From contig NMRA01000043.1 in assembly GCA_002633005.1 (NCBI GenBank), positions 899,588 to 963,587 on the forward strand: 64,000 nucleotides of DNA, in the 5' to 3' direction. Each line of letters begins with the position of its first letter. Position 1 is the first letter of the stretch. The notes below the pieces were generated by a model. It was given only the letters and a program-made list of their open reading frames with translations, made no database searches and was not told where the DNA came from. Source of the stretch: Phoronis australis. Lineage: Eukaryota; Animalia; Phoronida. This document shows, in pieces, positions 26,446 to 39,243 of the stretch. The translations under genes and the position numbers were made by a program.

Positions 26446-26999
26446 TTGAGACAATGTTAAATTGATCAACACACATAAATCATATAAATAAAACAAGAAA
26501 AGCTACACAGGTTACAAGATGCACTGAACCATTTTATTGCAATCAACTGTATCTTATTTCAAAATTAGTGTCAATTAAATTCGAATGGGTATTTCTAATA
26601 AGTTCAGAATGACAGCAGCACTTGTTCACAGTATGACAGAAAAAATCAATGGTCTGAAAACTCTGGACAATTTGTGGGTCAGGCGTATGGTGAGGATTTG
26701 AACTATGCTCCATCTAAATAATGTCACATCAAAGATATAGAGATACTGAAGTTTGATATGAAACAGTCAGAATTCATGGAATTCACTTCTGTTCTGCAAC
26801 AAAATGGGCATTCATTAACTAAAAGAGTCGAAGCACAATATCGTTGGAAATACATGTGAAATGATAGAGAAATTTTTATTTTTAAGCAAGTTTATACATA
26901 CATGAACAAAAGCAACATGGAGGGTTGATATACGTCCACAGTGAGCATTGCATACAGCACAGATGCAAAGGATGATCGTTATTATATTTCTCACCAAAG

Positions 27000-27350
27000 G
27001 GAAAAATGCTAATAAACGTAAAAAGCGAAAAGCAAATAGACATTGCTCTCCTCATGCCCAGTAAAAATGGCCACTAGAAGGTACAGAATATGTTGAATCC
27101 ATCTGAAAACGGGGAAAGTGGTATGCTATCCTTAATAGCCACCTGTCTGCCAAAAGGTCATAGAAATCCACCACGAAATACCAAAAAAATTTAAATTGCC
27201 ACCACGGGGCACTACGGTAATCAGATCCACATGAAACTTTGCCCATGCCGTTCTATTCATGATAGGGAGCATGTACACCAAATTTCATGAACTTCCAGGA
27301 GTTTTGGAGATGAAGGAATGGATGTCGGATGCCAGCATTGTGTGCCCACA
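27000..27350 (+). mobile_element. Family A fragment
   Basis: GGCCACTAGAAGG at ~27069, GCCACCACGGGGCAC at ~27198, CCAAATTTCATGAA. Confidence 0.55.
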
Positions 27351-27544
27351 TGTATACATACACATACGTATACCTATATATGTATATTCATGCATAATGT
27401 ATATGTATATGTGTGTACAAAATATATTTATTAAATGTATGCACATTTATCAAGCACCATGGCAACATGAACTGGGAGTGACATAGTGAATTAAACACAG
27501 AGACTACTTTACCACAAGACCTGTGACTGTGTTATACAAGACAA

Positions 27545-28383
27545 TAAGCACACAACACCATGGTTGTGAACACACATGGACTTGTGTGAAATTCTGTGCT
27601 GTAGTTTAAAATAACCTCCCAACCCATGGTGATGAACACATATGGATTTAAGTGACACATTATGTAATACTGCACAATAACCACCCAACCTTGTGGTAAT
27701 GAAAATACATGGACTTTTGTGACACACTGTGCAATACAGCACAATAACCACCCAACTTTGTGGTAATGAAAATACATCGACTTGTGTGACACACTGAGCA
27801 GTACAGTACAATAACCACCCAACCTTGTGGTAATGAAAATACATAGACTTGTGTGACACACTGTGCAATACAGCACAATAATTACTCAACCTTGTGGTAA
27901 TGAAAATACATGGGCTTGTGGGACACATTGTGCAATACTGCACAATAACCACCCAACCTTGTGGTAATGAAAATACATGGACTTTTGTGACACACTGTGC
28001 AATACAGCACAATAACCACCCAACCTTGTGGTAATGGAAATACATAGACTTGTGGGACACATTGTGCAATACTGCACAATAACCACTCAACCTTGTGGTA
28101 ATGAAAATACATGGACTTGTGTGACACACTGTGCAATACAGCACAATAACCACCTAACCTTGTGGTAATGGAAACACATAGACTTGTGGGACACATTGTG
28201 CAACACTGCACAATAACCACTCAACCTTGTGGTAATGAAAATACATGGACTTGTGTGACACACTGAGCAGTACAGCACAATAACCACCCAGCCTTGTGGT
28301 AATGAAAATACATGGATTTGTGGGACACACTCTGCCCTATACAACACAATAACCACCTGACACTGAGGACTTGTGTGCCACAC
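27545..28383. repeat. 67-bp minisatellite, ~12 copies
   Basis: AATAACCACCCAACCTTGTGGTAATGAAAATACATGGACTTGTGTGACACACTGTGCAATACAGCAC. Explains the overlapping repetitive ORFs here. Confidence 0.95.
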
Positions 28384-29419
28384 TCATGCATTTACTTTGT
28401 AAAAATGGCCATTGTATGGTGCAGAATGAGTCAAACCCATTCAAATTGAGAAGGTGGCGTCATCTCTGTAATACACAACTGTTTGCCAAATTCCATGAAA
28501 AAAGTCAAGGAACTCCTAAGATGTAATGGCAAAAGTAAAAGAACAAAATGCAAGCGCTCAGATGAGCGACACTTGGCGAAATTAACTGAAGAAGATGATG
28601 ATGACGATGATGAACATGACGATAACATTCATACGATGGACGAAGATGTCAGAAATGAGTAAGAAATATGCTAGTCTTGTTCATTATAAGGTAAATCAAC
28701 AAAAACGCAGCCAGTCAACAACTAGGAACAGCGTTGTCAGAAAATCTTAAATAATTTGAAAAGTAGACATCCTAGCGAAAAGTGGAAAATATCTTATGAA
28801 AGTCCACTCAAAACTCTATCTAACAGTATAGTTTTACAAAATTCAGTAAAATTTTCAAAAATTTTCAAATTTTGCATTTTTTGAAATTGAAAACCAAATA
28901 ACTCACAAACAGTAAGTCAGAAAAAATTGTTAGAGGTCATTTGAAACAGTATACCTCAGGGAATCCACATACAAAAATTCACATCATTTCCTCTTCCCAT
29001 TTAAAATGGCACTCCAGGCACAATTGAAAATGGATGAAAACACGTCATATCTGCCATCTATTAAAGCAACTTCCAATTAAGCAGCGCTTGATAATAGGTA
29101 GTTACAAGAAACTAACACATGAAAAATTTCGAAACAATTGGTCCTACAATGTGACCTCTACAGGACAAAAAAAGTTTTCGTCCCAAAATCGACCGGAAGT
29201 AAATGAATTCTGGCATATTTGTAGAACACGTACACGTCCGGTACAATAATCGTACCCATTTGCAGCTGTGTACGTCGAAAATTGCGGCCTCTGTGTGTGC
29301 AAATTCCATGGGAATTGGGACAAAAATGCGACCTCTAGAGTGCGAACAAACAAAAAAGCAAAAAACTTAGTGTCAGAGCAATATACTTTGCAAAATCCCA
29401 TTTCCCCAAGAAAAACAAT

Positions 29420-30310
29420 TTACACTAGGGGGGCACAGCTATAATTCGATTGGTCTGAAACTCGCTATCATCTCATGTCTTCTCTGCAGGAGCCCATCTA
29501 CCCAATTTCGCAAAATTCCGTCAAAGGGTTAAGGAGATACATGTGTAGAGGCAAAAGACCAGTACTACCACTAAGGAGTGCCAGAATAGTTGAAAACATC
29601 AAAAAATCAAAGTCAGCCGGGGTCCTCACATCATGAACACAACCGTCAATTTTCATAATGATCCTTTGGGTAGCTTGGCAGATAGGGAACATACGCAAAA
29701 AAATTTAAATGGCCACCAGGTGGTGCAGAAAACATGAAATCTGTCCGGACAGGGAAGACGTTGTCGTCTACTTAATAGAAACTTATTTGGCGAATTTCAC
29801 ACAAATACATTTATAAACTCCGAAGAAAGAGGCAAACATAAAAAACATTTTGCCATTATGAGACCCAGTGGTATTTGGATCAGTTCAATACTTGTTACTA
29901 TTTGTCATCGGCTCCAAAGGAACACACCTTTAAAATTTCATAAAGGCACTTCGAAGGATAAGGACACTGCTTCAGACACAGTCACCACTAGGGGGCAGCG
30001 CAGTAGTGGGACCTATTTTGAAAGTCAACGCCAGTCATGACCTTATCAGGAACACATCTTTCAATTTTCGTAATGATCCTTTAAGCAGTATAGCAGATAG
30101 ACAAACGCCAGATAATAGCCAAATTTCATGAAAATCCATAAAGGAACTCCGAAGATACAGATGCAAACGTAAAAACTAAAATTGCCACAAGGGGTCACAG
30201 CTGCATATGGATCGGTTCGAAACTCATCATCCGTTATCAGCTGCACAGGAATACACCAGCCAAATTTCAATACAAGTAAAGATCCTGCAAGGGGTTTGGA
30301 AGATACAGCA
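29420..30310 (+). mobile_element. Family A degenerate array
   Basis: Monomers with CACTAGGGGGGCAC (29422), GGCCACCAGGTGGTGC (29711), CCACTAGGGGGCAG (29985) and GCCACAAGGGGTCAC (30184). Confidence 0.6.
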
Positions 30311-30959
30311 GAGTTGCTGAAATCCTTTCGTTGTGAAGTCCTTTCAAAACCAACTTTTCACATGACACTCCAATAGGGAACATCCCTGTAAATTATTGTG
30401 ATGTATTTTGTTGCATCAACCCAAATGACATTTCCACAACATATGGTAATGGCACATTCACTACCGAATTCCTACCGTAAGTTCTAAAAACTTTCAATCT
30501 CCATTAAAAATGGTTCTTTGTCAAGCTATTTTGAACTGCCCTGTGAAATGATTTCCCAAAATGTTTGGAATTCCTAGGTGAACCGACTCATGGTCCAGCC
30601 AGTCTCGTCACCTGGTGACTGTGTCATATTGCTCTATACAAACTACAGTAACTGAGATTATCTGGAGACTACAAGGTCACCTATTTAAGACACAACATGG
30701 TCAATACAAGGATAATTATTTTTAACATTTCTACCAAAGAGGGCAATGTTAATAACCTTAAAACACCCTCTCAGGTGTGCAAAAACAGGTTTAGCAATGT
30801 TATCCCCTACAGAACCACACCTGTCAACTTTCATCATCATTCATCTTGAGCAATAAAGACATTCACAAAAACAACAAGAGCAACGCAGACCGTTGAAATG
30901 CGCCCACGAATGCACCGCTAACGGTGTGCTTCTAGGGGTGTTTACTTCGAACATAAAAA

Positions 30960-33775
30960 TTTGCAAATTGATGGCAAAAAATATGTCGAATCCATTTGAG
31001 AACTTGTATGTGTCATCAAAGCTATTTACCAAATTTCATAAAAATCTGTCAAGGAACATCAGAGAAACAAAGGATAACAGAATAAAATGAAATTGCCACA
31101 AGTGGGCACAGTGTCCGTTGGATCCGCCTGAAAGTCGTCGTCGTCTGTTATCTTCATATCAATACACTTACTAAATTTAGTAAAGATCCTGCAGTGGGTT
31201 TAGGCGATACAACTAGTCAGTCACCATCATCAAAGGTCGTCTTCACACTGAGAACACATATGCCAGTTTTCAAATGATTTGGTTGATACAGGGTTGGACA
31301 CCAAAAACAAGATTTGAAAACAGCAAAAAATGGCCACTAGGTGGTGCAAAATACCTTGATTCCATCCAAAAACAGAAAGATAGCATCATCACACCAATAG
31401 ATGCCAAAATTTAAAATTTTATGAAAATATATTGTGTTAAACGTAAAAAACTGAAACTGCCACTAGGGGGCACAGCAGTAGTCAGAACTGTCAGAAAGTC
31501 GTCATCATCCATAGTCAACATCATATAAATACACTTGCTAAATTAAGTAAAGATCCTGCGAACACTTTAGGAGATACAGCCACAGGTGCAACAAAAACAA
31601 AACTGCCACTAGGAGGTGCCACAGTTGTCAAAATCGTCGGAAAATCATCGTCAACCGTCCTCTTTATAGTAAGCACATACATGCCAATTTTCACAATCAT
31701 CCTTTGAGCGGTTTGGTTGATAGAGGGGTGGACGCAAAAAAACAGACTCGAAAACAGTAGAAAAGGCCACTAGGTGGTGCAAACTACATCGAATCCATCC
31801 GAAAACGAGAGGATAGCGTCACCCCACTAATAGGTGTCTACATATTAAATTTCATGAAAATCCGTTAAGGACTTTTGAAGATACAAAGGTAAACGTAAAA
31901 AAAGTAAAATTGCCACTAGGGGCACACCGGTAGTCAGATCTGCCTAAAAGTCGTCGACGTCCATTGTTAACATCATATAAATATACTTACTAAATTTCGT
32001 AAAGATCCTGCGAACGGTTTAGGAGATACGGCCATAGGTGCAAAAAAACAAAACTGCCACTAGGAGGTGCCACAGTACTCGAAATCGTCGGAAAATCATT
32101 GTCAACTGTCCTCTTCATAGTTAGCACATACATGCCAATTTTCACAATCATCCTTTGAGCGGTTTGGTTGATATAGGGGTGGACGCAAAAAACAGACTGG
32201 AAAACAGTAAAAATGGCCACTAGGTGGGGCAAACTACGTCGAATCCATTCAAAAACGGGAGGATAGCGTCATCTCACTAATAGGTAGCTACATACTAAAT
32301 TTCATGAAAATCCGTTCAGGACTTTTGAAGATACAAAGGTAAGCGTAAAAAAATAAAATTACCACTAGGGGGCACACCGGTAGTCGGATCCGTCCGAAAA
32401 TTCGCTCATGCCGTCCCATTCATGAATGGAACATATAGGCCAAATTTCATGAACGTATGTCAAAGGGTTTTGGAGATAGAGCAGCGGACGATGGACGCTG
32501 CACAGACGCTGCCCGGACGGACGGATATGACGGCATAATGCGTCTACATATAAATATGTGGGCGCATAATAAAATGAAATTGCCATTAGGGGGCACAGCG
32601 TTCATTGGATCTGCCTGAAAGTCATTGTCTGTTCTTCGCTTCATATAAATACACTTATTAAATTTAATAAAGGTCCTCCAGTGGGTTTAGGAGATACAGC
32701 TATAGGCGCAAAACAAAACAAAACTACCACTAGGAGGCGCCAGAGTAGTCAAAGTCGTCATCATTAACCGTTCTCTTCACACTGAGAACATATACGCCAA
32801 TTTTCAAAACCATCCTTAGAATAATTTGGTTGATACAGAGGTAGACGCCAAAAAACCAATTCACACAAAACAAAATGCCACAAGAAAGCCTCACAGCAAC
32901 TATACTTGTCCGAAACTCATCAGCCATGCAATTTAATATGCCAGTTTTGATAATGATGCTTAGAGAGGCTTGGCCAATAAAGATAGATGGCCACAAGGTG
33001 GTGTACAATAAGCCAGTTCTATTTGAAAGTGGACAGGTGTTATCGCCTCTTTAACAGAAACGTGATTTTACGAAAAGACGTCAAGGAACTCCGATGATAT
33101 GGAGAAAAATGTAAAAACCAAAAGAGTAACAAGGAGTATAATGGTCTGTCCGAAGGTATTCACTAACTATAGTCACATTCATAAAAATAAGCTTGAGAAA
33201 CTTAACATACTGGTACATCCTTCAAGAAGTTTTTTCGAAACAGCCGTGGACGCAAAAAAATGGACACTAAGTGGAGTGCAATACACTGAATACATCCAAA
33301 AATGGACACTAAGTGGAGTGCAATACACTGAATACATCCAAAAATGGACACTAAGTGGAGTGCAATACACTGAATACATCCAAAAATGGACACTCAGTGG
33401 AGTGTAATACACTGAATACATCCAAAAATGGACACTAAGTGGAGTGCAATACACTGAATACATCCAAAAATGGGAAGGTGTCATCTCCTTAATAAATTTA
33501 AAACTATTTTGCCAAATTGCATGAAAATCTGTCCTGGAACTTGAAAGATACAGCAGAAAACACAAACAATATAATTGCCAGTAGTGGGCACAGCAGTCAG
33601 TTCCGTCCAAAAACCATTTCATGTCATCCCATTCATAATAGGAACATATACATGAAATTTAATGAACATCCATTTAGATCCTGGTCAAATGTTGACTGAT
33701 GCTGAGTGGATAGGGAGGACGGTATAACGCATCCATGTGTATATATTCTATATGTGGGTGCATAGAAATGAAGTT
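30960..33775 (+). mobile_element. Large family A cluster (a young copy ending ~32570 adjoining older monomers)
   Basis: At least 11 monomers. 31600-32570 is closely similar to 1-971, including the ACGG tract and terminal hairpin. A second hairpin end lies near 33730-33762. Confidence 0.75.
33256..33472. repeat. 42-bp minisatellite, 5 copies, amplified from a family A monomer
   Basis: AAAAATGGACACTAAGTGGAGTGCAATACACTGAATACATCC repeated. Confidence 0.93.
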
Positions 33776-34069
33776 TAAAACAAAATTGTACTTCATTAAA
33801 GGCGAAGGCAACCTTAATTACAGCTTTTCCCAATTTTATAGATTACTCGTCCGCTACTCCGGAAGTGACGTTTTAGGAGGCAAGCGTTTCCCGCCACTTG
33901 GTTTTGCGTTGACTTTACCGTGCGAATCTGTTCTATTCTACTTTTGTTTTGTGCTGTTTTTCAACAATTGTCGCCACCATTTTCCATTGGCGAGTGTTCT
34001 GCGGCAAGATAGGTTAGTAGAGAACTCAACTACGTTGGATTACGTTGTTTAGTGTGTTGTAAGCTGAAA

Positions 34070-34378
34070 ATGGCTGGAGTCGGTGACCCGTATCACAGTG
34101 ACAGTAGTGTGAGTGACGGAGACCTTGTTCACAGCAGTGGTGACGAGGAATTTTTTCACGGACATTCAGTGGGTGGGTACATGTTTGAGCCCGAGTATAA
34201 CGAGGCAGAGTACGCACAGGCACAGGCAGCTGTTGAGAGAAACGAGGCGGCTACTGAGGACATCATGGTGACACATCTTGGTGCAAATGCACTGTGTGCG
34301 TTGTTATGCCTACCTCAATGGAACGCTTGTGCTGTTCAGAGTTCGACGAGGCCAAGCCACTACTGGACATGGTTAAGT
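34070..34378 (+). pseudogene. KolX / P2X7 C-terminal (nanor-like) Cys-rich ORF remnant
   Basis: GYMFEPEY, then after a frameshift near 34262 SWCKCTVCVVMPTSMERLCCSE, matching the YxFEP..WCxCxxCxxMPTxxExxCCxE motif. Confidence 0.7.
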
Positions 34379-35167
34379 GGACTTCCGGCATACCACGGAC
34401 AGAGGAACAACTGTTCCACTTGCCAGAGTGCGGTCCCGCGACACACTCCCAGTGGATGGTAACCTGAGCACTCAAACTGCTTACATCGTGTCGTGTAACT
34501 CCCTCGCCACACACCTGGCACCTTCTAAATAGCTCCAACACTTTAGACAAGTCCACAATAAACTTATCAAAGTTTGGCTCACCGATCTGTTCACTGGACG
34601 ACGAACTGTCCTCTTCACTGGGTGTCGAACTGAGCCTGTAATCACTCCCACTACTCAATATCGCTGCAGGGCTGCTCAGAGGCTCTGGGCTGGAGAAAAC
34701 AACACAGAGCGAATCACTACTGGTTCCAGGAATTGCACGCTCTGGGGTACGTTCGGAGGCACGGGTGACAGTAGATGAAGTGCCTCCACTGGCTCAAGCC
34801 ACTGTACTGGCCACAGCTCGCGAGGCTTCTCGCTTCAAATACGCACTTCTCGAGGGTGGCGACGGGGCACTGCCGGGAATCAACACAGACAGAATGACAA
34901 CCTTCTTCAGACGTTGTTTCGCAGGGACCTTCATCAGTTCAGCGTACAAATCCCTTTCGTAATCGGACAGCAGAAAGTGCTTGCCACACACACACGGTAA
35001 TTCTCCACTGCTTTGTACGTTGCGTGGACGGGTAACGCTGCGTTCTTCACACAAACGAGCCAAGTACGGCGAAGTGTGTCATCCATCGGAAAACGATGCA
35101 AAGGTACTCCCAAAGCGCGCGTGAGCCGATAATTAGTATATCCTGGTACGCAGCAACAGTGTGGCAT
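34375..35167 (-). pseudogene. THAP-domain Kolobok transposase, 5' remnant with frameshifts
   Basis: MPHCCCVPGYTN..LHRFP..RRTW / VCGKHF (THAP C2CH signature, second Cys changed to Tyr), Ser/acidic linker, then FIVDLSKVLELFRRCQVCG..WEC..H..WNS. No DDE core present. Confidence 0.8.
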
Positions 35168-38100
35168 ATGACTGACTAGTAAATGAAAGCAAACGACGAC
35201 AGAACTTAACACAACCGAGGTAGAACAATGACTGACTCGGCAGCTCTCACAGTCAGACTATATGAAAAGAAATTGGGGCCAAATGCTTGCCTCCTAAAAC
35301 GTCACTTCCGGAAGAGCGGACAAGTAATTAATAAAATTACGAAAAGCTGTAAGTGGAAAATATGTCTAGGATAACCAACCAACCTTATTTTAGCTCAAAA
35401 TGACATGGAAAAAAGGTTGCCTTCGCCTTTAATCACGTAACAGTAATGCTTCTTAAATATGCTGCAAAAGTCATCAAATTTTATTTGATCAAAATTTTCA
35501 AAAACAAATTCAAACAGGAAGACATTTTGAATTTAACTTGATGATTTGCACAGTTTATAATGTAAAGCTGTGATAAAGAAACACATTATGAAATTCTAAC
35601 CATTTTTAACAACGCAGTAAACTTTTGAAACACGAAAAATGACAAATATGACATTTAATGTTAGCCGAATTAGAGGAAGTTTTACCATTGCTTGTAATGT
35701 ATACCTATCGTAAAACGATACTAAGTAAATTTTTCATTACTTGTGATATAGCAGTCAGCCCTTGGAAATTGGCAATTATTTTGTGCAAAGTAACTGAAGA
35801 CATCCTTAATGAACACACAACCAGCTAAATCCATCAGTGTGCTTTGCAAAGGAAATCCATTATTGCTCACGAACAATTAGATGCCTAGCAAAGAACTGAC
35901 AACACAAGTTGGCTAAATGCTGATATTAAAACGTGAAGGAGAGAAGTAAACCTCAGGCTTCAGTAAAAACAGCTTAGGATTATAAATTTGGTCTAGTCAG
36001 CTTCCTTACAAACAGTAGAAATGATATAAAAGAAAGAATGAAAGTTTTGTGACATCCAGTTGATGTAACAAAACAAAGAAAAATTGAAACAAATACTGGA
36101 ATTTGCTTACTTGAGTTCGTGAGAGACGGATGCAATGTCGCTAACTCAATTAAGTATTTGACTCTTTATTTTAAAAGAAATATTTCGGCCTGAGATAAAC
36201 CAACAGTTCGTTTTAAGTTCAGACCAAGTTTGCGAAGTTAGCTTTTCGGGGCAGTTTAGCTTTCGATACCTAAGCAGAGTGGCTGCCATGGTAATTCCTG
36301 GCGTTTTGTATCAACCAATTCTAGTCAAGCAAAGGAACGCGACATTGCTTTGGTCAGGTCAGTGAAGAACGTAGTTTTGATATCAGAACATGGTTCATAA
36401 CGGCTTTTATAATCACTGCACTTGCGGGTGCAACAGCCACGTTACTACTCATCACATTAGATGTCTTTTGTCAACTACTTTGTCATCAGTTCCTATTTTT
36501 CACCTGTATTTAGTAAATCTTGTTTGTGTGTAAAGGTTGTATTTCCCAAAAACTCAAGTTGTACAAGACTGAATTACTACAAATGACCAAACTAGCTCTA
36601 CATCAGGCAGCAGGTTCTATACACTGTTTGAGATTTTGAAATCTGATTTAACTTTGTTGTACATCCCCATTTATGAATGAAAGCCACCTCACATTTGGTT
36701 GACACTATATCCCTTGCTTTTTAAGCCCCACATCAATGTAGCTCCTTAGGCATTAGCCCCATTGACAATTGACCTTACGCCAGCAGAAGATCGCTCCGCC
36801 TATGATGTCACGTGATGCGGAAGTCCGACATTAGAGAATGGCTTCGTCAAGCAAGACCGGTGTGCTAACTGATATTCACGCAGACTTTGGCGAACATTAT
36901 CTTCCCTATGAATCTCGCCATGACAAAGACAAAAGGCAACAGCCTTCAGAAAAGGTTCCTACCCGGGAAAGGGGTGAAGATTTACGTCAAGAACACCTGA
37001 TGTAAACCGCCCGCGGATGTTTCAGAGGTCAACGCAAATCCCGCCTACGAGCCTCATAGAGTTGACATCAGCGTCGCCAAAAACTGCACGAATGCAGTTA
37101 AAAATAATAGTACAAATCTTTAATGAATAACAGTTCTTCCCTAAAAGCAAAATGAACGTTTTACTAAAATATTTAGGGGATCAAGAAACCTACTGAGCTG
37201 TAACTGTAAGTTTAGCCGAGAATTTCGACAGGGCCAAGACTGGAGTTACGAAGGAATAGGAATAGGCCTATAACAACACTCACAGTCAGCATAGATGTAA
37301 GAGCCTGTAATAGGTAAGTAGGTAGGCCTGCAATGCATTTTGACTCTTTTTTAATTGATTGACTATATTTTAACTCATTTTCGTCAGGGCTATGGAATGG
37401 TCGTCATGTATGAATGGTTATAACGAATCAGAAAGTGATCGCAGAGGCGGTGGGTCACACACTTAACAAAGACTGTAATACATAGCCAAAATTACAATAT
37501 TGGGAAGAAATATCAAAAATAGTGCATAACTTAGAACATACTTGTGTTAAGCTCTAGGTTAGGCTGCTCGTGCGGGAATACACACAGTTTAAGTAATCCA
37601 TCGTTTGCTCCTTACGTCACTTTTAGGCTTTGAAAAAGGCCACAAATTTACAGGGCTTTCATCTCTGTCGGTATAACAACTGTCTGAATTACACACACCA
37701 CAACACCTCTTGACCATTTAAAAAGCACATTGTAGTTGAACGTGTTTTGTCCTACAGCCGCTAATGTTTGTCGGACAGATGGCGACTTGAACTGCAGTCT
37801 GGAGGAATGTCCGGAATGCAGCATTCTGATTGGTAAATCACACTTGTCATTCATTTTCTGGCGTAAGGTCAATTCAGGAATATGCCCATCACGAATTCCC
37901 AAAAATTCTGTTTCTGAGTGTCTGCTTGATTTTTGAGTTTTCCAATTTTAAGTTCTCCAGGCAGTCACCTGAATGAGAACCCTACATGTAACAACAAAAT
38001 TTGCAGCAGGTGTATAAAAATGATGTCACAAAGACTTGGTATTGCTGAAGGCATTCATTAATGGACACTGTGTGTTACATTCAAGAAGTGTTCAATGTGT

Positions 38101-38375
38101 GTCTTTGAATTAAAGTGGATTCATTTGTAGCTACAATTGTATTTTCATTTCGATCAATCAGCATTTAGTTACGTAATGACCTCTGTTAGAATCTGCCTGT
38201 GCTGATTTACAAGATAAACACCCCTCTGTACAGCCAAGCATTTTGTGAGAACCAAGTTGTAGGCACTGCTTTTCAACTACTGTAGAATTTCTTTCAATGA
38301 CTACCACAACTACAGTCAACTGTATGTCAGTAATATTCCACAACCAGCTGTGATCAACAAGTCTGGACTACTTAC

Positions 38376-38434
38376 TTCCCAATCACCTCATGCAGTTCGT
38401 AGACATCATCAAACAGAACTTCCCCATCCATCAT
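38376..38434 (-). CDS. CASK: CASK coding exon A (MMDGEVLFDDVYELHEVIGK)
   Basis: Manual translation matches the CASK N-terminus ([20 protein letters not shown]). 59 bp, ttttcAG immediately before the ATG, phase-2 donor AA|GTAAGT. Confidence 0.93.
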
Positions 38435-38489
38435 CTGAAAATATATGGCATAATAACTATGATTCAGGTGGCGGTCTCTTCACATTCAT

Positions 38490-38980
38490 TCTGATAATGG
38501 CAGTATTGAAAAACGATTTACACATCAGGCTTATTACAATGCAATGGGTAAGTAATATGAAAAGCAATCTGTATAAAAAATGTCTGTAAATTTTCATGAT
38601 GATCCTGGACTAGTGTGGCAGAAAGAAAGGCAGACGGGAGAAACAGATGCAAAAAAAAACAAAAAATGGCCACAAGGTGGCAAAAAATCTGTCAAATCCA
38701 TCCAAAAATGGAATGGCATCATAGCCTTCTTATTAAAATTTATTTGCCGAACTTCACGAAAATCTATCAAGAAACTCCGAAGATACAGAGGCAAACGTAA
38801 AAAAACTGAAATTGCCACTAGGGAGCGCAGCAGTATTCGGATCAGTCCAAAACTCGTCGTGCATTGTGAGCATCATAGGAACACGCGCCAAATCTCATTA
38901 TGATCCTGCAAGGGGTCCGCGGACGCTGGACGCCCAGACAGAAATGACGGAAATACACACCCTCATGTATATGGGCGCAT
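38490..38980 (+). mobile_element. Family A copy next to CASK exon A
   Basis: GGCCACAAGGTGGC (38668), GCCACTAGGGAGCGC (38814), end similar to the 14220 copy. Confidence 0.65.
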
Positions 38981-39243
38981 GAGACGCAGACATGCACAGC
39001 TCTCGCAGACACGTATCTGCACTCAACAGGAGCCAGTTTCATCAAAATCTCCTCACTTCATAACATACGGTATTTACAGACACTAAACAGAAGAATTATG
39101 GACTAGTCATAAGTTTGGCGTAAGTCTCTGTTTAGAAATTGTGTATAAAAACATGACAAAGGTTAAATTATGTTAGTGAAACACACTCCAGACTTGTGGT
39201 CTGTTAACCTCTCTAAAATGATTAACAAAACTTCTATGAGCAT

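Larger units (their letters stand above)
33800..35428. mobile_element. Internally deleted Kolobok DNA transposon
   Basis: TTAA TSD (33796-33799, 35429-35432), TIR AGGCGAAGGCAACCTT, further subterminal inverted block CCGGAAGTGACGTTTTAGGAGGCAAGC, two convergent ORF remnants. Confidence 0.88.

Noticed and set aside
27509-28383. Cys/His-rich ORFs up to 214 aa
   Set aside because: They are translations of a 67-bp minisatellite, with the same peptides in rotating frames.
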